Source: Antedon mediterranea (taxonomy: Eukaryota; Animalia; Echinodermata). From it: 64,000 nucleotides of DNA. The stretch is taken from assembly GCF_964355755.1 (NCBI RefSeq), contig NC_092677.1, forward strand, positions 17,816,101-17,880,100, in the 5' to 3' direction. Numbering within the stretch: the first letter of the stretch is position 1; the number at the start of each line of letters is the position of its first letter. The notes under the pieces were generated by a model. The model ran no database searches and had not been told where the DNA came from. It saw only the letters and a program-made list of their open reading frames with translations. A program made the translations under genes and the position numbers. Below, in pieces: positions 63,861-64,000 of this stretch.

Positions 63861-64000
63861 TAATCAATCAATCAATTATTAAAGCATTTGTTCTAAAAAT
63901 TTGTTGGAGGAAAAAAAGGTTTGAGGACATAAAACTTAATGTTTTACTACTTTTACAGTAGCAACATACAACAAAATTGAAATATCGACACCAAATATAA

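Overview
AT-rich (roughly 70% AT by eye) animal genomic DNA, most likely a marine invertebrate deuterostome (echinoderm-like; this is an inference from repeat types and motif bias, not established). I can support one intact protein-coding gene: a six-exon Iroquois (Irx) TALE-homeobox gene on the + strand, join(40290..40334,40748..40966,42295..42407,44305..44636,45686..46309,47460..47545), 472 aa. The rest is a gene desert holding candidate enhancer islands and many non-autonomous mobile elements. These include nested MITEs with readable TIRs/TSDs, Helentron-like (HINE) copies, a tRNA-derived SINE, LINE fossils and a THAP-domain pseudogene. The most unusual items are: (i) a perfect 107-bp-arm palindrome encoding a minimal hammerhead ribozyme on each strand (504-721), with two more decayed hammerhead-like motifs elsewhere; (ii) a tRNA-like Pol III cassette inside interleaved inverted repeats (7121-7439); (iii) 35-48 bp hAT-like micro-elements; (iv) strong over-representation of TAGGCCTA and related TA-flanked motifs. 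All coordinates were read by eye and no database searches were run.
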